DNA of 64,000 nt, from the NCBI GenBank assembly GCA_963695225.1, contig OY968762.1, positions 864,001 to 928,000 of the forward strand, in the 5' to 3' direction. Under the pieces are notes generated by a model. It was not told where the DNA came from. It was given only the letters and a program-made list of their open reading frames with translations, and made no database searches. Every line of letters starts with the position of its first letter. Position 1 is the stretch's first letter. Both the position numbers and the translations under genes were made by a program. Source of the stretch: Vulcanimicrobiota bacterium (GTDB lineage: Bacteria > Vulcanimicrobiota > Vulcanimicrobiia > Vulcanimicrobiales > Vulcanimicrobiaceae). Shown in pieces: positions 30,037 to 38,540 of the stretch.

Positions 30037-30738
30037 TCACACGAACGCCGGGGGAGCGCGCAATCCGCCGCCGACGGCAAGCGCGCACACATCGCCGAAC
30101 GACGTGGCGGCGGAGACCGGCCGCCACGCGAAGCGCAGCGGCGCGCAAATGCGGCGCACGCAGATCGCCACGATGGCGAAGACGAGCCGGCGGCCGAGGG
30201 CGAGCGCAAGGCCCGTCATCCCGACCGCGAGTGCCGTAACGGCAAGCGACGCCGCGAAGACAATCCCAGTCAACGACGCAAGCGAGAGCAACGAGAGCGA
30301 CGCCGCACCTTCGGTCGCAACGATGACGGCGAGCGGCAACGTCGCCGTCGCACAGACCGCGAGCACCGTCCTGCCGAACGGTAGACGCGCGACGACGCCG
30401 AGCAGCCGCCGCCGGCTATAGCCCCGATCGCGGTCCGCGCACAGCACGACGAACGCCCAGCACATCGCCACCGCGGCTAACAGGATCACCCCCAGCACCA
30501 CCGGGCAAATCGCGAGTCCCGGGATCATGCCCGGCATTTCGTGCATGTCGCCCATCCCTGGCATATCGCGCATGCCCGGCATCCCGGGCATCGCGGCGGC
30601 AGGTGATGGAACGACGACGCGATACGAGCAGACGGCCAGGCCGGCTTGTCCCGCGAGCACGATCGCGAGGGTCGTGCATCCCAGAAGCGCCGCAAGCGGC
30701 GCAACGATCGACGCCTGGAAACCGCGCAAACGGATCAT
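30037..30738 (-). CDS. multi-TM leader protein with Met/Cys-rich loop and C-terminal RAPP motif
   Basis: 233 aa; CSY..MPGMPGMRDMPGMGDMHEMPGMIPGLAICP loop between TM1 and TM2; ends ...GGGLRAPPAFV*; directly upstream of the cusF-like gene and TonB receptor. Confidence 0.82.
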   Translation of the reverse strand: MIRLRGFQASIVAPLAALLGCTTLAIVLAGQAGLAVCSYRVVVPSPAAAMPGMPGMRDMPGMGDMHEMPGMIPGLAICPVVLGVILLAAVAMCWAFVVLCADRDRGYSRRRLLGVVARLPFGRTVLAVCATATLPLAVIVATEGAASLSLLSLASLTGIVFAASLAVTALAVGMTGLALALGRRLVFAIVAICVRRICAPLRFAWRPVSAATSFGDVCALAVGGGLRAPPAFV

Positions 30739-30861
30739 CTTGGCCTACGCGCCGGGGTGCGGTCTGTGCCTATGACGGGGCCGCTAATCGCTTCGAATCC
30801 CCCTTTGACGCGCCAACAGCGCAAAGCGGGGCGCGGTTGCGCTCGTGCGAACCTCGCGGAC

Positions 30862-32382
30862 GTGCCGTCCGGCGTGCCCCGGCAGCTCGTCTGCTTCATT
30901 CTGATCCTGTACGCGTTCACGTCGACCGGTGCCGCGGCGGTTGCGCACGCCGTTCTCGTCGCGAGCGAACCGGCTGCAGGGCAGCGGCTCGAGCGCACGC
31001 CGCACATGGTGACGCTGGCCTTCGATGAGCCCGTCGAGACTGCGCTCGGCTCGTTGCGCGTGCTCGACGCATCCGGCACCGAGCGTTCGCTCGGCGGCGC
31101 GTTCCATCCGAACGGCGACCCGAGGCGCATCGCGGTCCTCTCGCCCCCGCTCGGTCGCGGGCGATATGTCGTCGCATGGCGGGTCGTCTCGGCCGACTCG
31201 CACATCGTCGGCGGCGCCTACGCGTTCGGTCTCGGCGTGCCAGCCGGCGAGGAGCCGCCCCCGGTCCCCGCCGGCGGGGCTACGTTCTTGCTACCGCTCG
31301 TGCATTTCATCATGCTCGCGGGCGTGCTCTTCGGCATCGGCCTTCCGCTCGGCGCGGCGGCGCTCGGGAAGCGGCGCAGCCGCGTTCCGAGTCGCGGCGA
31401 ACGCGGTGCCTGGTTCGCATTTGCGCTCGCCGCCTGCGTCGACGTCGCGGTACGCGCGAACCTTGCCGGCGGTTCGCCGCTCTCCGCACTCACGACACGC
31501 ATCAGCGCGTTACGGCTGATCTCCGTCGCCGCGGCCCTCATCGCACTCGCCGCGATCTCGGGGAACCGGCGCCGGCGGCCCCTTCTTCTCGTGGCGGGCC
31601 TCGTCGCCGCGCTGTCGCTCAGCTTTGCCGGGCACGCGGCCGACGCCAAGCCGGCCGTCTTGGGCGTCGCGGTCGATGCGCTGCATCTTCTCGCAGCCGC
31701 GGCGTGGATCGGCGTGGTCACGATGGCGGCGACGCTCCGACACTCGGCGGAGTTGCGAGCGATCCCTCGGATCGCCGCTGCGGCCGTCGTCGCGCTCGTC
31801 GCGACCGGCGTCGTGCAAACCGTGCGCAACGCCGGTTCACTTCAAGCGCTCGTCACGACCGCGTACGGGCGCGAGATCGATCTCAAATTCCTCCTGCTGA
31901 TCGCCGCACTCGGCATCGCGTCGCAAGTGCATCGGGCCGGCGAGCAGCGCAGGCCGGCGGCCCGCAGCCGGATAAAGCTCGAAGTATGGTTCCTGATCGC
32001 GATCGTTGTGGTGACGGCCGTGCTCATCGAGACGCCTTTGCCGCGCAATGCCTCGCAGCCGCCGACCTTGGCGACATCGTTCAGCGTGCGCGACATCAAC
32101 GTGCAGGTGACGGCGGTTTCGGCGGAGAGACGCGTGTGGACCCTGCGCGTCAGCGGCAGCGCTGCGGGCGGCACGACGGTTCCGCTCGACGGTGTCGATG
32201 TTGCGGTACGCGAGAGGCGGCGCAACATCGGTCCACTCGTCGTGCCGATGACGCGCGAGGCCTCCGGCGCCTTTAGCGGTCGCGTGACCTTGCCGTTCGG
32301 CGGTGCGTGGAGCGCATCCGTCAGCGCGCGCAGCGGCGCCTTCGACGAGAATCATCGCACCTTCTCGCTCACGGGAGAGTAA
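30862..32382 (+). CDS. CopC-CopD fusion copper import protein (YcnJ-like) with C-terminal YtkA/FixH-like domain
   Basis: HAVLVASEPAAG..LAFDEPV..WRVVSADSHIVGG (CopC); SFAGHA, LHLLAAAAWIG, TTAYG..K (CopD); LPFGGAW C-domain; start codon uncertain (30772/30862/30874). Confidence 0.88.
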   Translation: MPSGVPRQLVCFILILYAFTSTGAAAVAHAVLVASEPAAGQRLERTPHMVTLAFDEPVETALGSLRVLDASGTERSLGGAFHPNGDPRRIAVLSPPLGRGRYVVAWRVVSADSHIVGGAYAFGLGVPAGEEPPPVPAGGATFLLPLVHFIMLAGVLFGIGLPLGAAALGKRRSRVPSRGERGAWFAFALAACVDVAVRANLAGGSPLSALTTRISALRLISVAAALIALAAISGNRRRRPLLLVAGLVAALSLSFAGHAADAKPAVLGVAVDALHLLAAAAWIGVVTMAATLRHSAELRAIPRIAAAAVVALVATGVVQTVRNAGSLQALVTTAYGREIDLKFLLLIAALGIASQVHRAGEQRRPAARSRIKLEVWFLIAIVVVTAVLIETPLPRNASQPPTLATSFSVRDINVQVTAVSAERRVWTLRVSGSAAGGTTVPLDGVDVAVRERRRNIGPLVVPMTREASGAFSGRVTLPFGGAWSASVSARSGAFDENHRTFSLTGE

Positions 32383-32385
32383 CCC

Positions 32386-32898
32386 ATGATCGCTCGTTCA
32401 TTTGCCGTCGCCTGCGCGACGGCGCTCCTCATCTCTGCGGCGCCGGCGGGCGCCCACGTGACGCTCGCACCGGCGACCTTGCCGGCAGGCGCGGAGGACG
32501 AGATCACGTTTCGGGTTCCGAACGAGAACCCGAACGTCGCAACGACCAAGCTCGTCGTGCAGCTTCCCGCCGACGATCCGATCGCCTCGGTGAAAGTGCG
32601 CGCGTTACCGGGTTGGCGCAGCACCGTCACGCTGCGGAAGCTCGCCGTTCCTCTCCACACGGACGACGGCGTGATCGCGGCGGCCGTTTCCACGATCACG
32701 TGGGAAGGCGGCAAAATCGGTCCCGGCGAGTATCAGGATTTCGCAATTCTCGCCGGCCCGATTCCATCGCGCTCACACGAGCTCGCGTTCAAGGCGATTC
32801 AAACGTACGCGAACGGCGACGTCGTGCGCTGGATCGAACTGCGACGCGCCGGCGAGCCTGAGCCCGAGCACCCTGCCCCGGTCCTCCGCGTTCGCTGA
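32386..32898 (+). CDS. YcnI (DUF1775) family copper-binding protein
   Basis: Signal peptide then AHVT..FRVPNE, PGW, ITWEG, QTYANG.VVRW, PEHPAP. Confidence 0.9.
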   Translation: MIARSFAVACATALLISAAPAGAHVTLAPATLPAGAEDEITFRVPNENPNVATTKLVVQLPADDPIASVKVRALPGWRSTVTLRKLAVPLHTDDGVIAAAVSTITWEGGKIGPGEYQDFAILAGPIPSRSHELAFKAIQTYANGDVVRWIELRRAGEPEPEHPAPVLRVR

Positions 32899-33022
32899 TA
32901 CGTTCGGGCGCTACAACGTCGAGCATCTTCAGCGCCGGCTCGAGGCCGACGGCTTGACATTGCCATCGCGCGAGCAGACGGCCGAGCGACTCAAGCCCGA
33001 CGAACCGTCTCGCTCCCGCCCC

Positions 33023-33844
33023 TCAAGCGCGGATGAGGTTGGCCCGCACGAGGAGCGAGCGGTCCGAGAGGATCCGTTGCGCGGAGCCCTCCGCGACGAT
33101 GCGGTGAAGTTCGTCTAAGACGTAGACGCGATCGGCCGTCGCTTCGACGACCGCCAAGTCATGGGTCGACAGGACGACCGTCTTCCCGGCACTCCCTTGG
33201 CGATTGATGAAATCGATCAGCCACGAGACGCTGCGCGAGTCCAATCCGGCTGAAGGCTCGTCCAACATCCACACGTCAGGCGATAGGCTGAGCACCGACG
33301 CCAACGCGACTTGCTTTTTCTCTCCGCCGGATAGCTGGTGCGGCGGACGGTCGCGCAGTTTCTCGATATTCAGGGAAAGCAGTGCTTCTTCGACCCGGCC
33401 GGCCACTTCGCTTCGATCGATGCCCAACTGGAGCGGCCCAAAAGCAATCTCGTCCCAAACGGTCGGCATGAACAACTGCGCGTCGCTGTCTTGAAAAACG
33501 AATCCGACCCGCGAACGAAAATCGAAATTGAAGCGATCGTCGCGCAAGGCTTGTTCGGATAAGATCCGCCCGAAAGCTCTGACCGTGCCGCTGCCGGCGA
33601 AGTACAAGCCGTCGAGAATCTTCAGCAGCGTGCTCTTTCCCGAGCCGTTCGCCCCGAGGATCGCCAGTTTCTCGCCGCGACGGATCGTGAGATCGATGTG
33701 CTCCAAGGCCGAGATCCGGTCGTTGTAGAGATAGCACAGATCCTCGACTTCAAATACGAGCTCGCTGCCGATAGGCACGTCTGCGGTCTCCGATCGATCC
33801 GTGGGGAGCACCCGATTCGCCACTCGCATCGCGTCAGCGCCCAA
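33023..33844 (-). CDS. cbiO: ECF transporter ATPase CbiO/NikO
   Basis: GANGSGKST, VFQDSDAQLF.PTV.DEIAFGP, LSGGEKK, LDEPSAGLD, STHD. Confidence 0.92.
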   Translation of the reverse strand: MGADAMRVANRVLPTDRSETADVPIGSELVFEVEDLCYLYNDRISALEHIDLTIRRGEKLAILGANGSGKSTLLKILDGLYFAGSGTVRAFGRILSEQALRDDRFNFDFRSRVGFVFQDSDAQLFMPTVWDEIAFGPLQLGIDRSEVAGRVEEALLSLNIEKLRDRPPHQLSGGEKKQVALASVLSLSPDVWMLDEPSAGLDSRSVSWLIDFINRQGSAGKTVVLSTHDLAVVEATADRVYVLDELHRIVAEGSAQRILSDRSLLVRANLIRA

Positions 33845-34679
33845 ACCAGATCGCCGCGGCGACGACGAGGCTCACGGCCAGGGCCGATGCCCAATCGCGC
33901 TGCTGCATGTGAAAACGGTCGATCGTGCGGGGGTAGCCTCGATATCCGCGCGATTCCATCGCTAGATACACCTCGCTGCTCAGTTGCAGGGATTTCCCGA
34001 GCAAGGTCGCCGAAGTCGCAGCGATCATGCGGCGCTCTTCCGCTCCGCTCATTCGCCTCAGCACGCGGCTCTTACGCGAGAGGAACATGTCGGCGGCGCT
34101 ATGCAGCAGGAGATGGATGTAACGATACGTCATCCCCAGTACGAGCACGATCACGTCGGGGACGCGCAGGACGCCGAGCGCCCTCAAGACATTGTTCCAG
34201 GGAGTCGACAAGACGAACAAGACGGCGAACGAGACCGATGTGCCGACCCGCAACAGCAGGAAGAGCGCGGTCATCGCGCCGGTTCGCGTGATCGCGGTCC
34301 CAAACGGCAGATGGACGAGGATCGGGCCTGGTGTGATGAACAGCGCCGGCAGCGCAACGATGCCGGTAAAAAACGGGATGAACAGCCAAACCCGCTTGAT
34401 GAAGAACCCCAGCGGCACCGCCGACGCTGCGGCGAGGATCAAGGCGAAGCAATAGAGTGCAACGAGGACTGTAATCTCGCGGGATAGGCTGACCGCGAAC
34501 AGGAGCATGACCAGCGCGATCGCCTTGAGGCGCGGATCCAACGCCTGAAGCAACCCCTTCTGCCGCGCGATCGTCTCGGCAAAGACGGTTTGCTCGAGCG
34601 TATCGTTGATGTCGATCAGCGTGCGTTCGATGATCCCGTTCGGGCTCGCCGAACCGGAGCGCCGGACGGCCTCGCTCAC
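33834..34679 (-). CDS. cbiQ: ECF transporter T component CbiQ/NikQ
   Basis: LDPRLK, LRVP..IV..L.MTYRYI.LL, SRKSR, VYLAMESRGY. Confidence 0.92.
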   Translation of the reverse strand: MSEAVRRSGSASPNGIIERTLIDINDTLEQTVFAETIARQKGLLQALDPRLKAIALVMLLFAVSLSREITVLVALYCFALILAAASAVPLGFFIKRVWLFIPFFTGIVALPALFITPGPILVHLPFGTAITRTGAMTALFLLLRVGTSVSFAVLFVLSTPWNNVLRALGVLRVPDVIVLVLGMTYRYIHLLLHSAADMFLSRKSRVLRRMSGAEERRMIAATSATLLGKSLQLSSEVYLAMESRGYRGYPRTIDRFHMQQRDWASALAVSLVVAAAIWFGR

Positions 34680-35794
34680 TTGCCGGTCAAGATTTCAGAT
34701 TGCGGTTCCCGGCCGCCGGTAGCGAGCATGCCGAACAGCCAGACGACGCCGACGATCGTCACCACTCCCACCGCCGCCGAGAGAATGTAACCGATCCCCG
34801 CATTCCCTAACGCGGGCACGTCATAGTCGGCCATCGGGGCGGACCACAGCCCCGAGAGCTGCGCGAACCCTTTGGGGATGAACGGCAGCCCGCGGCTCTT
34901 GAGTTCTTCAGCCCCCCATTCGCCCCACGCGGTGCCGGGAGCGAGCAAACCGATCGGCGTGATGACGATCAGCGCGGCGAGCCCCGCCCATAAAGCGCGC
35001 CACTTGGCAAGGACGATTGCTTCCGGCGCAAGCTGGGGATTGACGGTTGCCAGCGCCGATGCGTTCGCCCTGATGAGATACGCCACCACGAGCGCGCTCA
35101 CCAAGCCTTCCACGACGGAGGCGATCAGCGCATGCGGGATGACCATCGCCGGAATCGAGACGGAGAGGGGATAGGGCGCGTAGAGCGGCGTGCCGTCGGC
35201 CGTATGCCACAGCAACGGCTGGACCCCAAATTCGACGGCCGCGAAGAACGAGGCGATCGTCAGGCCCGCCCAACCGCCGATCGCCGCACCCACGATACGC
35301 CGTTTCGAATTCAGCGCCTCATTTTTGGAGAAGGCCTGGTAGACGGCAAAGCTGACATACGGGAGCACGACGGCCATGTTGAAGCTGTTGGCACCGAGCG
35401 CTAGAATGCCGCCGTCCCCAAAGAAGAACGCTTGAATCACGAGAGCGACCGTAACGGCGATCGTTGCGATCTCCGGGCCGAGGATGATCGCCGCCAAGGC
35501 GCCGCCGACGGCATGCCCGGTGGTTCCGCCCGGGAGGGGCACGTTGAACATCATGAGCACGAAAGAAAACGCCGCGAACAGAGCCACGATCGGTATGTTC
35601 CTGGCAGAGACTCGCTCGCGCAGCTTTTGCACGCCCCTGATCCAAAACGGCAGGACCAGTGCGAACATGAGGAGGCAGGTGACGGGGCTGAGATAGCCGT
35701 CGGGGATATGCATCGCCGTCGTGCAGACGCAAACGCCGGCGAGCGCATAATACGAAAGCATCCAGCGTGGAAACCTATCGATCTCGCGCGACAT
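34676..35794 (-). CDS. cbiM: Ni/Co ECF S component CbiM/NikM fused to a NikN/PDGLE-type domain
   Basis: MHIPDGYLSP (Met at 35713), MMFNVPLPGGTTGHAVG, FFGDGGILALGAN, C-terminal GTAWGEW..APMADY; GAGGGA RBS before ATG 35794. Confidence 0.92.
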   Translation of the reverse strand: MSREIDRFPRWMLSYYALAGVCVCTTAMHIPDGYLSPVTCLLMFALVLPFWIRGVQKLRERVSARNIPIVALFAAFSFVLMMFNVPLPGGTTGHAVGGALAAIILGPEIATIAVTVALVIQAFFFGDGGILALGANSFNMAVVLPYVSFAVYQAFSKNEALNSKRRIVGAAIGGWAGLTIASFFAAVEFGVQPLLWHTADGTPLYAPYPLSVSIPAMVIPHALIASVVEGLVSALVVAYLIRANASALATVNPQLAPEAIVLAKWRALWAGLAALIVITPIGLLAPGTAWGEWGAEELKSRGLPFIPKGFAQLSGLWSAPMADYDVPALGNAGIGYILSAAVGVVTIVGVVWLFGMLATGGREPQSEILTGK

Positions 35795-35874
35795 GAGCAC
35801 AGTCCCTCGCTACGCCCCGGGTTGTTGAGGACGGAACGATATGACTCGCGCTTTGGATTGCCTGCCGCTTAGGC

Positions 35875-35889
35875 GTCTACATTGTAGAC
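35875..35889. promoter_or_regulatory. perfect palindrome upstream of the nik/cbi operon (candidate operator)
   Basis: GTCTACA-T-TGTAGAC about 80 bp upstream of the cbiM start. Confidence 0.4.
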
Positions 35890-36024
35890 AATTACGCCTC
35901 GTCACTCTGAGCCTTCCGCATCCCATGCCTCCCTGCACCTGACCTTGGCGTGCGACATGTCTCGTGCGAGACGGGGCCACCGGCAAGAGATTCAGAGCGA
36001 TGTAGAGAGGAATCTTCACATTGC

Positions 36025-36333
36025 GGTGCTCCGTGGGCGTCTCGAGCCCCGCGGTTGCATGGCGGCTCGCGATCGCGGCGAGCCGCCGGCGCAGCGTCGA
36101 GAGCGAGAGCCCCGGCGTCTCCGGGCGCCGCGTGCACGCGATCGCCGGAGCGACTACGCCGCGTTCTCGCGGCTTTGAGATCAAGGGCGCGCGGGGAGCA
36201 CCTCGAGGCCGTGCTGAGTGCAAAGCGCCCCGAAGTCGGCAAAATCCTGCGCGTAGGCCCGTTCCGTTGCCGGTGCGAGGTCCGCGGTCGCAAGTTCGAC
36301 GTCGACGGCGCGCGCGAGCTCCACGAGCGCCAC
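36025..36333 (-). pseudogene. N-terminal relic of a Cre-like tyrosine recombinase
   Basis: APATERAYAQDFADFGALCTQHGLEVLPA* then, in another frame, GLSLSTLRRRLAAIASRHATAGLETPTEH; truncated against a 31-bp Uma2 fragment. Confidence 0.75.
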
Positions 36334-36509
36334 TGACGCCGATTCGGCGTCTATCGCGGGCGCTAGGGAGCCCGCCCTTCCGGGAAGTCGTCCGCGCCTT
36401 TCCACGCCCTCTTCTACCTGAAAAGGTCTCGCACGAGCAACGCTCAATCCCAAAGCCAAAGCGAAGTCAAACATCCGGCAGCATATAAACCAAGCAGGCA
36501 CACCAAACC

Positions 36510-36869
36510 ATGAATACTTCGGAGCACCGGGATCGCAAGGACGAACCCATCGACGACGTCGCGATGGCCATCCTGGAGATGGGCCGTCTCGCCGCGTCGC
36601 GGCTTGACGCGCGTACCATGGAGCTCTTCAAGGCCGATCTCGAACGCCGTATCGCCCAACGTGGGGAGCACTCCTACTTCAGGCAATGGCTCAGCATCCT
36701 CGATCGAGGCATCCCCGCTGTTGCCGAGGTTCTCAGTACGGATTCCGAACGTGGCCGCTACCTGCGGTCGGTCATCTCTCTGGCTTCGCTCGTCTCGCAA
36801 GCGGAACGCGACGACATCTTCCGTCGCATACTCCGCCGCGACCGAAGCCAAGAGAGAAGCCGTGCGTAA
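36510..36869 (+). CDS. hypothetical protein, putative antitoxin partner of the downstream nucleotidyltransferase
   Basis: 119 aa, QWLSILDRG..VLSTDSERGRYLRS..LVSQAER; overlaps the next gene by 8 bp. Confidence 0.7.
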   Translation: MNTSEHRDRKDEPIDDVAMAILEMGRLAASRLDARTMELFKADLERRIAQRGEHSYFRQWLSILDRGIPAVAEVLSTDSERGRYLRSVISLASLVSQAERDDIFRRILRRDRSQERSRA

Positions 36870-37470
36870 GGAAGAACTCTTCGAAGCCATTCTCAAGGCG
36901 GCGGAAAGAGTCGGCGCAACCGACTGGGTGGTCATTGGTTCCCAAGCCGTCCACGGCGCACTTCCAAACGCTCCGATCAGCCGCGTCGAACGTTCCGACG
37001 ATGCCGACGCCTTCCCGGTGGATTACGAAGAATGGATGTACGAGCCGCTCCACTACGAGCTGGGGTTCGACTCGGACTTCAACAAAGAAACAGGCTATTA
37101 CTTCGAGGTCGTGCGGCCGACGATGCCGCGTTTACCTAAGGGTTGGGAGCAACGCATCAAGACCGATACGATCGGCGAAATAAACGTTCGCGGGTCAAAT
37201 AGACCGGTAGCCGTAAGCTTTCCAGATCTTCACGATCTGCTCGCCGCCAAGCTCTCCGTCAAACGACCGCGTGACACCGCGTTCTTTCGACAAATTTATC
37301 GACTCGGCGTCGTGGACCAAACCCTACTCCTTCAGCGGCTGGCCGATGTCCCGAAACGTACAGAAGAACATGCCCGCAAAGGCGATGCTGCAACGCAGTA
37401 CGTTCACGATTTCTATCGTTGGCAAGAACGACTCGCCGAACGAAAGCGAGATCGCGGGCACGCGCGCTGA
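36862..37470 (+). CDS. DUF6036-like nucleotidyltransferase
   Basis: GTG start; VVIGSQAVHG, RSDDAD (GS + DxD polymerase-beta motif), LPKGWEQR, HDLLAAKL..R.RD..F. Confidence 0.75.
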   Translation: MRKEELFEAILKAAERVGATDWVVIGSQAVHGALPNAPISRVERSDDADAFPVDYEEWMYEPLHYELGFDSDFNKETGYYFEVVRPTMPRLPKGWEQRIKTDTIGEINVRGSNRPVAVSFPDLHDLLAAKLSVKRPRDTAFFRQIYRLGVVDQTLLLQRLADVPKRTEEHARKGDAATQYVHDFYRWQERLAERKRDRGHAR

Positions 37471-37680
37471 CTGAGCGACGTCGACCTCGAGGCGCACGCG
37501 ATCCTGGTGCAGCGAACGATGTAAGACGACGAGGCTGGGCGGCCGCGCATCGGCACTGCGCCCAAGACGCGGGCCGGCGTCCGACTCGTCCTTCTTCCCC
37601 GGCCGCCGTGGCGATGCTGGCCAGGGCAAAAGCCGCTCGCAGGCCGGCTCGACGCGTTCTTCGACTCTCACGAGCCGGCC
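37471..37680 (+). pseudogene. tyrosine integrase relic with internal deletion
   Basis: LSDVDLEAHAILVQRTM*...PKTRAGVRLVLLP (catalytic-domain motifs) fused to the same KPLAGRLDAFF tail as 22954-23010. Confidence 0.75.
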
Positions 37681-37748
37681 TCGAATGAGGGTACGAATGA
37701 GCGAATGAGGGTATTTGCGTCTAAAAACGGTGCATCGGCCAAGCAGCG

Positions 37749-37782
37749 AAAAAACGCCCAATCCCTGATGGGACGGGCGTTT
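37749..37782 (-). terminator. intrinsic terminator downstream of tRNA-Phe (element-supplied; second copy at 23076-23110)
   Basis: Minus strand AAACGCCCGTCCCATCAGGGATTGGGCGTTTTTT: hairpin followed by a U tract. Confidence 0.7.
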
Positions 37783-37788
37783 GCTAAA

Positions 37789-37861
37789 TGCCGAGAGCCA
37801 GAATCGAACTGGCGACACCAGGTTTTTCAGACCTGTGCTCTACCAACTGAGCTATCTCGGC
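37789..37861 (-). tRNA. tRNA-Phe(GAA)
   Basis: GCCGAGATAGCTCAGTTGGTAGAGCACAGGTCTGAAAAACCTGGTGTCGCCAGTTCGATTCTGGCTCTCGGCA cloverleaf; no encoded CCA. Confidence 0.97.
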
Positions 37862-37923
37862 AGGGCCGATCCCCTGGGTTCCACAGCCGGGCTTGACTCC
37901 CTTGGCGGCCCGGCGCCCGCGAC

Positions 37924-38484
37924 CTAGCCCTGCACGCGCAGCACGCCCGCAATTTCGCGCGGCTGAGGCTTCGGCGGTGTCATCGCAGGGCGTCCCAAGT
38001 ACACGATCCCGACGATTCGGTCCTCCGCCGCCAGCCCGAGATGCGCCTTGATCGCCGGGGCGTAGGCGATCGCGCCCGTCCGCCACATCGCGCCGTAGCC
38101 GCGGGCCCAGGCCGCGAGCAAGAGGTTCTGCACCGCGGCCGCGGTCGCACCGTAATCTTCGAGCGCCGTCACCGGATCCGCGTCCGTCCGCGTGCTGATG
38201 ACCACGAGAACCGGCGCGCGCAGCGGCTTCCGCGCCTCGCGCCGCAAGAACGCCTCCCGCTCTTCTCCTTCGAGCGCGATCTCGCGCGCGAGGGCGGCCG
38301 CCCACGCCTCGCCCAAGCGCGCGCGCGCATCGCCGCGGAGCACAGTGAACGTCCACGGTTGCGTCAGCTTGTGGTTCGGCGCCCACGTCGCCGCCTCGAC
38401 GAACTCGCGCAGGTCGCTCTCCGCGACCTCGCCCTCGAGACGCCCGATGCTGCGCCTCGTCCGAATCGCCTCCAAGACGTCCAT
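37924..38484 (-). CDS. nitroreductase family protein
   Basis: MDVLEAIRTRRSI, WAPNHKLTQPW, AAVQNLLLAAW.RGYG.MWRTG. Confidence 0.92.
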   Translation of the reverse strand: MDVLEAIRTRRSIGRLEGEVAESDLREFVEAATWAPNHKLTQPWTFTVLRGDARARLGEAWAAALAREIALEGEEREAFLRREARKPLRAPVLVVISTRTDADPVTALEDYGATAAAVQNLLLAAWARGYGAMWRTGAIAYAPAIKAHLGLAAEDRIVGIVYLGRPAMTPPKPQPREIAGVLRVQG

Positions 38485-38540
38485 CCGGCCTCCGCGAACG
38501 GCGATGCGCCGGCCCAAGGGGCCGGCGCATCGAAAAAAGC

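Larger units (their letters stand above)
23119..37830. mobile_element. about 14.7-kb genomic island integrated in tRNA-Phe (metal-uptake cargo, decayed integrase)
   Basis: Bounded by the 42-bp tRNA-Phe direct repeats; integrase relic at 37471-37680 next to the tRNA; recombinase relic and TA-like pair inside. Confidence 0.88.

Noticed and set aside
35800..35990. Cobalamin or NiCo riboswitch, or NikR box, upstream of cbiMQO
   Set aside because: No B12-box/GGGAA core or complete GTATGA-N16-TCATAC recognisable by eye.
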